64,000 nucleotides of DNA from an uncultured delta proteobacterium (GCA_963771175.1 CAVYSY010000024.1:32001-96000), one strand, 5' to 3'; positions 8,425 through 21,018 are shown, counted from the stretch's first letter. Program-made: numbers and translations. The notes: generated by a model not told the origin, from the letters alone.

Positions 8425-9711
8425 TCACGCCGCATGGTTCGAGCCCTCCCAGCTCGCCGCCAGCTGCCCCTTCACCACCGGAATCTTCACCGAGTCCTCC
8501 GCCTCCTGCGCCTGGGCGATGCGATGGGCGCACGCCGCCAGACCGAACAGCACGTACAGGTGCGCGGAGAGGATGTAGCCGGAGAACAGGTCACAGATGA
8601 GATAGCCCGCCATGGAGGCCGAGAGCCCTCGGGCCAGCCATCCCACCTGGGTGTTGCGCGAGGCCGCGAAGGCCCCGCCCGTCGCGCCTCCGGCGAACAC
8701 CAGGAAGAAGAGCAGGCCTACCCAGCCCAGCTCGCCGATGACGTCCAGGAAGATGTTGTGCGCCACGTACGCGCGCGTCGCCTCGGGTGGCGCGTACAGC
8801 GGCCAGGCGAAGCGGAAGCCCCCGGCCCCCACGCCCAGCAGCGGCTTGTCCAGGCTGATGCGCGACGTCACCTGCCACGCGTACACGCGGCCCATGGCCG
8901 AGGCGTCCTCGTGGAACGTCGCCACCGTCTCGTTGCGCTGCCAGAAGCTCCGCGGCGCGAAGATGACCAGCCCCAGCGCGAGCGCCGTCCCCAGCAGCAC
9001 CGAGCGCAGCTTCTTCTGCTCGCGCAGGGCCCAGATGCTCATGGCCACCGACAGGCCGATGAAGCCACCGCGCGAGTAGGTGAAGACGATGGCCACCACC
9101 GCCAGGACCACCGCCACCGCGCACGCCGCGCGCCACGGCCAGCCGCTCTCCTTGCGCGCCAGGAAGGCCACCGCCAGCGGCACGATGATCGCCAGGTTCA
9201 TGGCCGAGCGGTTCGGGTCCGCGTACACCTCTATCCAGTGCGCCCGGTAGCCCTCCACCAGCGTCTCGGGCGTGCCGGTGAGGTACGTGTTGATGACGCC
9301 GTGGGACGTGACGAGCGACCCCAACACCATCGCCCCACACACCAGCGCCAGCCGCTTGGGCGTGGTCACCACGTTCACCAGCGTCAGGTAGATGGCCGTC
9401 AGCTTCAGCAGCTCGATGGCCGTGAAGCGCGTCACCTCCGGGTTCACCGACCACGTCATGGAGGCCAGCGCCAACCCCGAGAAGGCCAGCAGCGCCACGC
9501 CTCGCACCCCGTCGAAGTAGAGCGGCTCGGAGCGCCCCACCCTCCGCAGCGCCATCATCCCCGCCGCCAGCCCCGACGCGAGCAGTGCCGGCCGCAACGG
9601 AGCCAGCGCGGGTATCCACGCCTGCGGCACCATGTACATCAGCGCCGCGAACGCGGTCAGCGCATAGAACGCCACCACATCGCGGCGTTCTGTCGTCTCG
9701 CCAACCCCCAT
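8425..9711 (-). CDS. O-antigen ligase / Wzy_C family membrane protein
   Basis: Multiple TM helices; TYSRGG, PLLGVGAGGF, AHNIFL motifs. Confidence 0.88.
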   Translation of the reverse strand: MGVGETTERRDVVAFYALTAFAALMYMVPQAWIPALAPLRPALLASGLAAGMMALRRVGRSEPLYFDGVRGVALLAFSGLALASMTWSVNPEVTRFTAIELLKLTAIYLTLVNVVTTPKRLALVCGAMVLGSLVTSHGVINTYLTGTPETLVEGYRAHWIEVYADPNRSAMNLAIIVPLAVAFLARKESGWPWRAACAVAVVLAVVAIVFTYSRGGFIGLSVAMSIWALREQKKLRSVLLGTALALGLVIFAPRSFWQRNETVATFHEDASAMGRVYAWQVTSRISLDKPLLGVGAGGFRFAWPLYAPPEATRAYVAHNIFLDVIGELGWVGLLFFLVFAGGATGGAFAASRNTQVGWLARGLSASMAGYLICDLFSGYILSAHLYVLFGLAACAHRIAQAQEAEDSVKIPVVKGQLAASWEGSNHAA

Positions 9712-9855
9712 CCCATCCTCCTCGCGCCCGGAGCCCACGAACACAGGCTTGCGCTAGCAGGCGATATGCCAGCGGCCCCCGAGGGCAAAGGTCCGTGGAT
9801 CCAACCCCTTAGCGATCAGGGCTCCCCGGCGCGGAGAAAGGGAGGACTGAAAGGA

Positions 9856-11530
9856 TTACGGCTCTCCGCCCTGCATGGGCAGCAGAACGGAGGCGATGGG
9901 ATTCAACTTGCCCTCCTGGAGGAACGACGGCGCCAGCTCCTCCAGCAGGCGAGCGAGCGTCACCCTCACCAGACGGCGCAGCTCGGGGCGGGCCGACTCG
10001 GGCACCGCCGGCTCCAGCACCGCCACCACCTTGTCGGCCACGTCCGGGCGCAGGCGCGGGGCCTCCGGGGTGCCCTCGAAGAGCATCGCCGCCAGCGCGT
10101 CGCCCCGCCCCGAGGGCACCGGGCGCGGATCCACCTTCCCCTCCAGCAGGGCCAGGGCCACCGTGGCGGCGAAGAACCGGTCCACCCCGAGCACGCGCGG
10201 CTCCACGCCGAAGCGGGCCAGCAGCTCGTGCGCTCGCTGCGCCGAGCCACCGAGCAGCGCGCCCAGCAGCGCCACCTGGGCCTCGGCCCGGGCCAGCACC
10301 TCCTCGCTGAAGGCCAACTCCCGCCGCGAGCGGAAGGGCACCGGCTCCGCGCCGGGCACCTTCAGCACGCGGCGCGGGCGCTTGCGGCGCAGGGCCTCGA
10401 GGGCGACGGCCTCCTCGGGAAAGAGCAGCGGCGTGCCCTCCACCTGGGCCAGGGGCTGCTTCATCAGCCGGTCCGCGCGGAACTTGAGCGCCAGCGTCAG
10501 CGAGAAGCCCACCTGGAAGACGCGCTTGAGCTCCGTGTCGCGCACCACCTGCGCGGCGCGCGCGGGATCTCCCCCCGTCAGGTGCTCCAGCCCCAGCAGC
10601 AGGTAGTCCCGGGCCATCTCGCCCACGCGGCGGATGGCGTCCAGCTCGCCCGGCTCCTCCACCTCGGCCACCAGCGTGGCGTTGGCGAGGTAGCGCAGCT
10701 CCGTCTCCAGGTTTTCCCGCTCCACCTCGTCCAGGGCGCGGAAGGCGGCCTCCAGGTAGTCCGGCTGGCCCTGCCCGGGCACGAGCGCCGTGCCCGCTGC
10801 CGGAGCCGGCGAGACACCCGTGTCCACCCGGCTGAAGAGGCGCATGGCATCCTCCAGCGGAGGGAAACCCATGTCCTGCAGCCGCGCCGTGCGGAAGCGG
10901 TACGCCGTCTCCTCCAGCTCGGTGGGCACGTCCCAGCGCGACGGCCTCGAGGAAGCGCACCGCCTCGAAGGGGTTGTCCGCGATGAGATCGTTGAGGAGC
11001 GAGCGCATGGCGGACAGCTCCGGCCCCTCCACGCCCTTGAACTCCACGAGGTAGCGCCCCTCGGGCGTCTCCAGCGTCACGCCCTCCACATGGACGTCCG
11101 GGTTCTCCTCCAGGTCGTGGAGGAGGGAGAACTCGCGCAGGAGCATCTCCAGCACCTCGATGTCCACCTTGCGCAGCTTCTGGAGGAACTCCGCGGAGTC
11201 GTCCCCGCGCGCGGCGCGCAGCCAGGTGAGCACCTCGTGCGGCGCGAGCTGGTCCTTCTTCCACCCGCCCAGGTCCACGAAGGTGCGGAACTGCTCGGGC
11301 GAGGCGAGCTGGACGAGCTCGGTCGAGTCCGCCAGTCCCACCTCCGCGATGGTGAAGTACAGGTCCTCCGCGGGCAGCGCGCGCACCAGCTCCCGCGCGC
11401 CGCGCCCTTCGAGGATGGCCTCGAGCCGCTTCCGGACGGGAAGGGCCGCGAGCTGCCGACGCACGAGGCTCAGCGCGTGCTGGGTGTCACTGCCGTTGCC
11501 ACTGCTTCCGTTTCCATTGCCGTTCGCCAC
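9856..11530 (-). CDS. Conserved hypothetical protein, DUF6178-like (frameshift ~10940)
   Basis: LYFTIAEVGLADS..Q..FVDL..W motif and ELEETAYRFRTARLQDMGF in two consecutive frames. Confidence 0.7.
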
Positions 11531-11549
11531 GGCGCGTGCCTACCACAGG

Positions 11550-12161
11550 TCACGCCTTCACTGCGCCCAGCAACGCTTCCCACACCTCTTCCAGGCCCAG
11601 CTTCTCCGTGGCGGAGAAGGACATGACGGCCTCGCGAGGCAGGGAGAGCTGCTCGGCCAGGTCGTTGAGGCGGGGCTTGCGGCGGGCCTTGGGAAGCCGA
11701 TCGATCTTCGTGGCCACCACCAGGATGGGGCGGTTGGCCTCCTGCAGGTAGTCGAGTGTCTGGAAGTCGTCGGAGGTGGGTCCCACCTCGGCGTCGAGGA
11801 TGCTCACCACCACCTTCAGGTCCCGGCGCTTCTCCAGGTAGGTGGTGATCATCGTCTGCCACTGGGCGCGCTCCGTCTTGCTCACCTTGGCGAAGCCGTA
11901 GCCGGGCAGGTCGCGAAGCGCACGAGCTGCGCGCTTGCCCCCGGCCTCCACGTCCACGTCGAAGAAGTTGATCGTCCGGGTGCGACCGGGCGTGTTGGAG
12001 ACGCGCACCAGCTTCTTGCGGCCGGCCAGCGCGTTGATCATGGACGACTTGCCCACGTTGGAGCGGCCCACGAAGGCCACCTCGGGGGTGGCGTGGCCCG
12101 TGGGATAGCCCTTGGGCTCCACCGCGGTGGTCACGAAGCGGGCGTCGAGGATCTTGATCAC
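11550..12161 (-). CDS. yihA: Ribosome biogenesis GTPase YihA/YsxC/EngB
   Basis: GRSNVGKSS, DLPGYG, TKID. Confidence 0.93.
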   Translation of the reverse strand: MIKILDARFVTTAVEPKGYPTGHATPEVAFVGRSNVGKSSMINALAGRKKLVRVSNTPGRTRTINFFDVDVEAGGKRAARALRDLPGYGFAKVSKTERAQWQTMITTYLEKRRDLKVVVSILDAEVGPTSDDFQTLDYLQEANRPILVVATKIDRLPKARRKPRLNDLAEQLSLPREAVMSFSATEKLGLEEVWEALLGAVKA

Positions 12162-12162
12162 G

Positions 12163-12660
12163 CTATTTCTTCTTGGCCGGCTCGGGTTGAGGAGCCTCGG
12201 CGCGGGTGCCCTTCTTGCCAGTGCGCTCGGCCGACCAGTGGTCGATGGCCTTGAGCGACTCGACGAAGTCGAAGGGCTTGAGGGACGGAGAGGAGGCGTC
12301 GTGGCAGCTCCGGCAGGACTTCTCCGAGGGGTCCACCAGGCCCACGAGCCGGGCGAGCTCGGCGTCCTTCATCACGTAGGCGGGCGAGTAGTACTGACCG
12401 CCGCCGTGGCACGTCTCGCAGGTGACGTGGGAGACGCCCTGGGAGGCCTGGTCGGGCGCGTGGCAGGACAGACACCGCGCGTCCTTCTTCTGCATGTCGG
12501 AGAGCGAATCGCCGGCCCGGGCATGCTTGGACTGCATCCAGGCTTCATAGGCCGCCGGGTGGCAGCCCTTGCAGCTCTCGGGGCCGAGGAAATCGGCCGC
12601 CCCGGCGGCGCCGGAGAGGGCGAGGACGAGGAGGAGGATCCAAGAGCCGCGAGCGCGCAT
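12163..12660 (-). CDS. Periplasmic tetraheme c-type cytochrome (c554-like)
   Basis: Signal peptide; four CxxCH motifs (CKGCH, CLSCH, CETCH, CRSCH). Confidence 0.88.
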   Translation of the reverse strand: MRARGSWILLLVLALSGAAGAADFLGPESCKGCHPAAYEAWMQSKHARAGDSLSDMQKKDARCLSCHAPDQASQGVSHVTCETCHGGGQYYSPAYVMKDAELARLVGLVDPSEKSCRSCHDASSPSLKPFDFVESLKAIDHWSAERTGKKGTRAEAPQPEPAKKK

Positions 12661-12756
12661 TCGGCCCCTGCACTAGCAGACCCCCCCAGGCGGGGCAAGG
12701 CGGAGGTGCGAAAGAGGAGAGCTTGAGACGGCGCGGGTGGATCCGTTACACCTCGA

Positions 12757-13227
12757 ATGATGAAAACCATCGCCATCGTCGCCGTGCTCCTCGCCGCCGC
12801 GCCCGTGGTGGCCAAGCCGTGGCAGGGAATCGAGCCCGGGCAGTCCAAGCGCGAGCAGGTCCTCAAGAAGTTCGGGGAGCCCTCCCGCGTGGTCACCGCC
12901 GAGGGCAAGGAGATCATCGCCTACTTCGACCAGAAGGCCATCAAGGGCACCAAGCAGGTGCAGTTCAAGGTGGATCCGGGCACGCAGCTCGTCGAGCGCA
13001 TCGACGTCTTCCCCGGCCCGGTCATCGACAAGGAGTCGGTGGAGAGCACCTACGGTGCCGCCTGCCCGGCCGGCAAAGCGCCGCCCAGCCCCTGCTACCA
13101 GAAGAAGCTGACGGACGACTTCCGCACCTACCTGCTCTACCCCCGGCTGGGACTGGCCGTCTTCCTCAACGAGGACGGCAAGACGGTGCACTCGTTCATC
13201 TTCACCACCCAGCAGGCCGCGAAGTAG
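12757..13227 (+). CDS. Secreted hypothetical protein
   Basis: Clear signal peptide; host-like codon bias. Confidence 0.75.
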   Translation: MMKTIAIVAVLLAAAPVVAKPWQGIEPGQSKREQVLKKFGEPSRVVTAEGKEIIAYFDQKAIKGTKQVQFKVDPGTQLVERIDVFPGPVIDKESVESTYGAACPAGKAPPSPCYQKKLTDDFRTYLLYPRLGLAVFLNEDGKTVHSFIFTTQQAAK

Positions 13228-13234
13228 GCCCACC

Positions 13235-13833
13235 ATGAAACTCTATGGACTGACGGGGGGCATCGCCTCCGGCAAGAGCACCGTGAGCCGCATGCTGCGC
13301 GAGTTGGGGGCGCAGGTGCTGGACGCGGACGTCATCGCCCGCGAGGTGGTGGAGCCGGGTACCCCGGGGCTGAAGGCCGTGGCCGAGCGCTTCCCAGGCG
13401 TGCTGGGCCCGGACGGGCACCTGGACCGGGCGAAGCTGGGGGCGCGCGTCTTCGGGGACCCGAAGGAGCGGTCCGCCCTCAACGCAATCCTCCACCCGCT
13501 CATCGGCCAGGAGTTCCTCCTGCGCACCCACGCGCTCGCCAGGCAGGGGGTGGAGCGCGTCCTCTACGACGCCCCGCTGCTCATCGAGAACCGGCTGCAC
13601 GACGGGCATGGACGGGGTGGTGCTGGTGTGCGGTGCCCCGCGAGGTGCAGAAGGCCCGGATGATGGCGCGCGATGGCCTGGACGAGGCGGCGGCCGAGGC
13701 CCGGCTGGCCGCCCAGCTTCCGCTCGACGAGAAGCGCCAGCACGCTACCTGGCTGGTGGACAACTCGGGAAGTCCGGAGATGACCCGGACCCGGGTTGAA
13801 GAGGTGTGGCGCGCCATGCTCGCGCGCGGCTGA
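13235..13833 (+). CDS. coaE: Dephospho-CoA kinase (indels ~13605-13635)
   Basis: GLTGGIASGKST, DADVIAR, YDAPLLIE; C-terminal RLAAQLP..VDNSG in another frame. Confidence 0.92.
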
Positions 13834-13856
13834 AGGCCGGCTATGCTCCGCCGCCC

Positions 13857-15038
13857 ATGAGCGAGAAGCGCAAGGAAGCCCGCGGCAAGGCCGGGACATA
13901 CTTCGTCACCGGATACCCGGGCTTCATCGGTAAACGGCTGGTCGAACACATCGTCCGCGAGGAGCCCAAGGCCCACGTCTACGCCCTGGTGCAGCCCAAG
14001 CACCTCAAGGAGGCGCAGCAACTGGCCGCGAGCCTCCAGGGCACCGGGGCCACGTTGGAGCTGCTCACCGGCGACATCGTGGACATGCACCTGGGCCTGT
14101 CCGGGGAGGAGTACCAGCGGCTGTGCGAGCGGGTGACGCACATCTACCACCTGGCCGCCGTCTTCTACCTGGGCGTCCCCAAGGAGACGGCCTGGCGCAT
14201 CAACGTGGACGGCACCCGCAACGTGCTGGAGCTGGCGCGCGACTGCGAGCACCTGCAGCGCTTCAACCACTTCTCCTCCTGTCACGTCTCGGGCGACCGC
14301 CTGGGCGTCATCGCCGAGGACGAGCTGGACTGCGGCCAGGGCTTCCGCAACGTCTACGAGGAGACCAAGTTCCAGGCGGAGAAGCTCGTCCAGCGCGCCT
14401 CCTCCTCCCTGCCCGTCACCATCTTCCGCCCGTGCAGCGTGGTGGGGGACTCGCGCACGGGGGAGATTGATCGCTTCGAGGGCCCCTACTACCTGGGCAT
14501 CCTCCTGGTGACGAGCCCGCTGGTGGTGCCGCTGCCGCTGCCCGGCAACGGCGTGGCCCCGCTCAACGTGGTGCCGGTGGACTACGTGGTGCAGGCGGTG
14601 TGGGCGCTCTCGCATGACGAGCGCGCCGTGGGCGGCACCTTCCACCTGGTGGACCCCAACCCGATGAGCGCCCGTCGCGTCTACGAGCTCATCGCGGAGA
14701 AGGCCCACAAGAAGCTGCCCCGCTTCAACCTCTCCGCCCGCGCCGCGGACGTGATGATGCGGCTGCCCGTGATCGAGAAGCTGGCCCGCCCCCAGCGCGC
14801 CGCCCTCAGCTACGTCAACCACCTGGCCATCTACAACTGCCACAACACCCTGGAGCTGCTGGACGGCACCGGCATCCGCTGCCCTCCCCTCTCCTCGTAC
14901 CTCGACCAGCTCGTGGCCTACGTGCGCGATCAGTACCGCCAGCGCCGCGAGCAGGCCTCCGAGGTGGAGGATCCCCTGGACCGAACCCCCGCCGCACCGG
15001 ATGAAGAAACGGCCGCGGGCTCTCGTCGGAACCGTTAG
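13857..15038 (+). CDS. Extended SDR / thioester-reductase-like NAD(P)-binding protein
   Basis: VTGYPGFIG, HLAA, YEETK (YxxxK), RPCSVVGDSRTG. Confidence 0.85.
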   Translation: MSEKRKEARGKAGTYFVTGYPGFIGKRLVEHIVREEPKAHVYALVQPKHLKEAQQLAASLQGTGATLELLTGDIVDMHLGLSGEEYQRLCERVTHIYHLAAVFYLGVPKETAWRINVDGTRNVLELARDCEHLQRFNHFSSCHVSGDRLGVIAEDELDCGQGFRNVYEETKFQAEKLVQRASSSLPVTIFRPCSVVGDSRTGEIDRFEGPYYLGILLVTSPLVVPLPLPGNGVAPLNVVPVDYVVQAVWALSHDERAVGGTFHLVDPNPMSARRVYELIAEKAHKKLPRFNLSARAADVMMRLPVIEKLARPQRAALSYVNHLAIYNCHNTLELLDGTGIRCPPLSSYLDQLVAYVRDQYRQRREQASEVEDPLDRTPAAPDEETAAGSRRNR

Positions 15039-15040
15039 CC

Positions 15041-15986
15041 ATGCGACACACCCTCTCCCGTCTCCTGTTCCTCCCGCTCTCCGCCCTGCTCGGCACGGCC
15101 TGTCTCATCGACACCGGTCCCCACCCCGTGAAGGACCCGTGCGACCCCAACCCGTGCACCCAGGGCGACAAGACCTCGTGCGTCAACGAGGACGGCAACG
15201 CGCGCTGCCTCTGCAAGCCGGGCACCGTCGCGCGGCCGAGCGGCGCCTGCGAGCCCGTCTCCACCACCAACTGCGCCGAGCACACCGGCGACAGCGCCGA
15301 GCCGGATGACTGCCTCGCGCGCGCCGTCACGCTCACCCCCAGCAGCTCGCAGCGGCAGCAGAGCATCGACCCCATCGGCGACTACGACTTCTTCCGGCTC
15401 GACGGCACCCTGAGCGACATCTACTCCGTCACCGTGGAGCCCGGGCCGGGCTCGCTCATGCCGCGCGTGGACGTCTTCGACCAGGCGGGCGTCTGGCTGA
15501 CCTCCCAGGATGGCCGTCCCAAGGCCCAGGTGGCCTTCAAGGCCCGCGCCACCGCGCCCTACTACGTGCGCGTGAGCCACTCGCCCATGGACCCGTCCGC
15601 CGCCACCGGCGCCTACGCGCTCAGCTTCTCCTCGCTGGGCCAGGATGACTACGGCGACAACTCGGGCGAGGCCACCACCGTCGTCCCGGACGTAGGCGGC
15701 ACCCAGAGCCCGACCAACCGCAACGGCAGCATCCAGTACGCCCAGGACGAGGACTGGATCGCCATCGCCGCCACCCAGGGCTACCACGTACCGCATCGAG
15801 TTCAACACCAACCGCTTCGTCCCCGCGCTCGCCGCCTTCACCCGCGAGGACACGAAGCAGCCGTTCCTCACCACGAGGAACTCGTACGTGGAGATTCGCG
15901 CGGCCACCACCACCACGCTCTACCTCGACTTCTACTCGCCCAACGGCGAGACGGGCGCCTACGAATTCCGGGTGCTGCGCTACTAA
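15041..15986 (+). CDS. Lipoprotein with EGF-like and PPC-like domains (frameshift ~15785)
   Basis: Lipobox LGTAC; CDPNPC..C..CLCKPG; GDYDFFR and DEDWIA PPC-like motifs; shifted frame ends GAYEFRVLRY-TAA. Confidence 0.7.
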
Positions 15987-16879
15987 CGCAGCGTGATGAC
16001 GTCCTGGTCCAGCAACTGGGCCAGGACGCGCAGCGTGTCCAGCCGGGACATGCCGGACACGGAGAAGAGGGCCTCGCAGCTCATCCTCCCGTCCAGCCGC
16101 GACAGCACGAAGCCCGCGCGCGGATCCAGCTTGAGCTGCATCAGCTCCTTGGGCGACAGCCGCACCGCGGGCACGCGCTTCAGGTCTCCCAGCTTCGCCT
16201 CCAGCGCCGCCTGCTGCTCGCGCGCGCAGCGCTCGCGGGCCACCGCCAGCCTCGGGTCGCCCGGGGCGATCGCCTCGGCCTTGAGCAGCAGATCCATCGC
16301 GCTCGACGCATCTCCCAGCGCGAGCAGATCCTCTACCCCCACCAGCAGCGTGGGCACCCCCTGGCGCGGGGCCGCCTGGGGCACGGGCTGCGGCGAAAAC
16401 ACGGGCAGCACCGATGGCAAGGGCGTGAGCGCCTTCATCGCCACGGGCCGAGCGGGAATAACCGGCTTCACCGCCACGGGCGGCTGCACGGCCTTGGCGT
16501 CGTCCTCGGCGAGGAAGTCCAGCACGTCGGCGGTGATGTGGCTCCCCTGCACGGAGACATCGGAACCCTCGGCGGCGGCCTCGTCCAGCAGGACGATGTC
16601 CACCTCCGCCGCGGGCTGCGGCGGGGGCACGAGGGAGATGGACATGGGGCGCACCTGGGGCACGGGCGCGGAGGCACGAGCGGCGGTGCTCTTCGCGAGC
16701 CACTCCTGCGCCCGGCGGTTGGTCGGGTCGTGCGCCAGGGCCCGCATGAACAGGCGCCGGGCCCCCTCCTCGTCACCACCCAGGCGCAGCCAGAGGCCCG
16801 CCTCGATGAGCTGATTGGCCCGGAGGACGCCATCGTTCGGGCCCGGGTCGATTCCAATGGAGGCTTGCGACGCGATCAT
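15983..16879 (-). CDS. Hypothetical TPR-like protein with C-terminal winged-helix-like region
   Basis: Helical repeats, Pro-rich linker, LDPRAGFVLSRLDG C-terminus. Confidence 0.7.
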   Translation of the reverse strand: MIASQASIGIDPGPNDGVLRANQLIEAGLWLRLGGDEEGARRLFMRALAHDPTNRRAQEWLAKSTAARASAPVPQVRPMSISLVPPPQPAAEVDIVLLDEAAAEGSDVSVQGSHITADVLDFLAEDDAKAVQPPVAVKPVIPARPVAMKALTPLPSVLPVFSPQPVPQAAPRQGVPTLLVGVEDLLALGDASSAMDLLLKAEAIAPGDPRLAVARERCAREQQAALEAKLGDLKRVPAVRLSPKELMQLKLDPRAGFVLSRLDGRMSCEALFSVSGMSRLDTLRVLAQLLDQDVITLR

Positions 16880-17107
16880 CGGACCTCCAGAACGGAGCCC
16901 TTTCGGGGGAACTCAGGAAAGCGCTTCAACTTCCGCGAAATCCTAAGCCCCGGCCCAAACCGCGTCAAACGCTATTGGCGGATTTTTTCAGGGCGAAAGC
17001 AACCCTTCATCCGCCAACATTCTTCTCGAATTTCAAGATTTTGAGATCACCCGCCTCCGAGGCGCACTCTCAGGAAATGAGCGTGCGCCCTCCGGAGCGG
17101 GCGGTGC

Positions 17108-18364
17108 TCAGGACTTCAGCGCGCGCTCGAGGATGCGCACGCCCTGGTCGATCTCGTCGTGCGAGACGACGTAGGCCGGGGCGAAGCGGATCGTCTTCTC
17201 GCCGGCCGCGTTGCAGAGCAGGCCGAGCTCGCGGCACTTCGCGATGAAGGGCGCGGAGTCATGGAAGAGCTCCACGCCGATCAGCAGACCGAGGCCCCGC
17301 ACCTCCTTGATGACGGTGGGCAGGCGGGCCTGCAGCTCCCGGAGGCGGGAGAGGAAGTAATCGCCCTTCTGCGTCACGTCCCGGAGCATCTGGGGCTCGG
17401 TCACCTTGCGGACGACGACGTTGGCGGCGGTGGCGGTGATGAGGTTGCCGCCGAAGGTGGAGCCGTGGGTGCCCGGCACGAGGCTCTTGCCGGCCTCCTC
17501 GGTGCACAGCATGGCGCCAATGGGCAGGCCGTTGCCGAGCGACTTCGCCAGGCTGATGGCGTCCGGGCGGATGTCGTCGTGCTGGTAGGCGAAGACCTTG
17601 CCGGTGCGGCCCATGCCGGTCTGGATCTCGTCCACGAGCAGCAGCAGGCCCTGCTCGTCGCACAGGGCGCGCAGACCCTTGAGGAAGCCCGGGGGCGCCA
17701 TGCGCACGCCGCCCTCGCCCTGGATGGGCTCCACGAGGATGGCGGCGGTGTGCGGGTTCACGGCCTTGCGCACCGCGTCCAGGTCCCCGTAGGGCACATG
17801 GGTGAAGCCAGCCGGCAGGGGCTCGAAGCCCTTCTGGTACTTGGTCTGGCCGGTGGCGGTGACGGTGGCCAGCGTGCGCCCGTGGAAGGAGTTCTCGAAG
17901 GTGATGATCTCGTAGCGGTCGGTGTTGCCGCGGTCCTTCTGGACCTTGCGGGCCAGCTTGATGAGCGCCTCGTTGGCCTCCGCGCCCGAGTTGCAGAAGA
18001 AGGCGCGCTCCAGGCCCGAGGCGGCGCAGAGCCGGGCGGCCAGGTCGATCTGCGGCTCCGAGTAGAAGACGTTCGAGACGTGCCAGAGCTTCTCGAGCTG
18101 GGTCCGCACGGCGACCACCACCTCCGGGTGGCAGTGGCCGAGCGCGCACGTGGCGATGCCACCGAGCAGATCCAGGTACTCGCGGCCGTCCGCGTCCCAG
18201 ACGCGCGAGCCCAGGCCGCGCTCGAGCACGATGGGCTGCTGCTTGTAGTTCTGCAGCAGGTGGGCCTTGGCCTTCTCCATCCACTGCTCGTTCTTGCCAG
18301 TGGCGGGAGAGGACTGGGGGACGGTATCGGTCTTCGCGGTGGTCATGTTCGTGGTCTGGGGCAC
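17108..18364 (-). CDS. argD: Acetylornithine aminotransferase (class III)
   Basis: NSGAEANE, FHGRT, EPIQGEGG, DEIQTG, AKSLGNG, HGSTFGGN; start GTG 18364 or ATG 18346. Confidence 0.92.
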   Translation of the reverse strand: MPQTTNMTTAKTDTVPQSSPATGKNEQWMEKAKAHLLQNYKQQPIVLERGLGSRVWDADGREYLDLLGGIATCALGHCHPEVVVAVRTQLEKLWHVSNVFYSEPQIDLAARLCAASGLERAFFCNSGAEANEALIKLARKVQKDRGNTDRYEIITFENSFHGRTLATVTATGQTKYQKGFEPLPAGFTHVPYGDLDAVRKAVNPHTAAILVEPIQGEGGVRMAPPGFLKGLRALCDEQGLLLLVDEIQTGMGRTGKVFAYQHDDIRPDAISLAKSLGNGLPIGAMLCTEEAGKSLVPGTHGSTFGGNLITATAANVVVRKVTEPQMLRDVTQKGDYFLSRLRELQARLPTVIKEVRGLGLLIGVELFHDSAPFIAKCRELGLLCNAAGEKTIRFAPAYVVSHDEIDQGVRILERALKS

Positions 18365-18386
18365 GGTGGCTCGCTCCCTCGGTGGA

Positions 18387-19781
<1,395 letters not shown>

Positions 19782-19792
19782 GGTGAAGTCCC

Positions 19793-20320
19793 TCAGAGCT
19801 CTTCGATGGTGATGTTGGAGTTGGTGTAGACGCAGATGTCCGCGGCGATCTGCATGGAGTAGGTGGCCACCTCGCGCGCGGACAGTTGCGTGTGCTCCAT
19901 GAGGGCGCGGGCGGCGGCGAGCGCGTACGAGCCTCCGCTGCCCACGGCGGCGATGCCGTAGTCGGGCTCGATGACGTCGCCAGCGCCGGAGAGGATGAAG
20001 GTCTTCTCGCGGTCGGCCACGATGAGCAGGGCCTCCAGACGGCGGAGGAAGCGATCGGTGCGCCAGTCCTTGCCGAGCTCCACGCAGGCGCGGGCCAGGT
20101 TCTTCTGGTGCTCCTTGAGACGGGCTTCGAAACGCTCGAAGAGGGTGAAGGCGTCGGCGGTGCTGCCCGCGAAGCCGGCGAGGACGGAGCCGTCACCGAT
20201 GCGACGGACCTTCTTCGCCGTGTTCTTCATGATGGTCTTGTCGAGACTGACCTGACCGTCACCCGCGATGACGACTCTTCCCTCTCTGCGCACGCAGAGG
20301 ATGGTGGTGCCGTGGAACAT
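19793..20320 (-). CDS. hslV: ATP-dependent protease peptidase HslV
   Basis: [30 protein letters not shown]. Confidence 0.96.
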   Translation of the reverse strand: MFHGTTILCVRREGRVVIAGDGQVSLDKTIMKNTAKKVRRIGDGSVLAGFAGSTADAFTLFERFEARLKEHQKNLARACVELGKDWRTDRFLRRLEALLIVADREKTFILSGAGDVIEPDYGIAAVGSGGSYALAAARALMEHTQLSAREVATYSMQIAADICVYTNSNITIEEL

Positions 20321-20440
20321 GCCTGGGGGTTTAACAAGGGCAGGCGGGCGTTTCCACGATTCACCCACTGCCTGTTCGCCCCCACACCTTCCCCGAGACC
20401 GGGGAACGACGCGTGCGCTCCAGAGGTGACAGGGGGCCGT

Positions 20441-20926
20441 TCAGGCCGGGAACAACTGCCCGCGCAGGTCCTCGAGCCCGCGTGGCGAGCACAGCTCGGG
20501 CGAGAAGAGGATGTCGAGCGCACGCTGAGCGAGCTCCGCGGCGGGCGCGGCGACGAGCACCCGACCACACTCCTCGAGCTGCTCACGGATCAGGCCGATG
20601 TCGCCGTACAGCTCGGCGAGCTTCATGCGGTCCTCGATCGTCAGGTCGCGCTTCAGCTCCGCGGTGAGCTGGCGCAGCTCCACCGTAGTCCCGTCCGCTC
20701 TCTGCACCGAGGGCTCGGGCTCGAGCGAATCCTCCTCCTCGGAGAGGAGCGGCCAGATGTCCGTCAGCTTCTTGGGGGCCACCACCAGCAGGTGTCCCAC
20801 GCGCCGGGCGCACGACTGGCATGCCGTGCCACCGAAACGGGGCAGGTACAAGGCGGGAGATGCTCCAGAACCACAGAGCAGGCAGGTGGCCACGACGGCG
20901 GGGGTAGTGGGCTCCATGGGGTTCAC
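20441..20926 (-). CDS. Hypothetical protein with N-terminal C4 zinc-binding motif
   Basis: CLLC-x17-CQSC; co-oriented between xerC and hslV. Confidence 0.65.
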   Translation of the reverse strand: MNPMEPTTPAVVATCLLCGSGASPALYLPRFGGTACQSCARRVGHLLVVAPKKLTDIWPLLSEEEDSLEPEPSVQRADGTTVELRQLTAELKRDLTIEDRMKLAELYGDIGLIREQLEECGRVLVAAPAAELAQRALDILFSPELCSPRGLEDLRGQLFPA

Positions 20927-21018
20927 CGTTAACGTCCTCCTTCAGCGGGCGCCAGTCGCTCTCGTGCTCCGCGCCCGGCGATTGTCCGCTCGGCAGGCAG
21001 GCCGCTCTCCACGCGTCA

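Noticed and set aside
8365..10986. 873-aa plus-strand ORF
   Set aside because: Antisense shadow of the O-antigen ligase and DUF6178-like genes, typical of high-GC DNA
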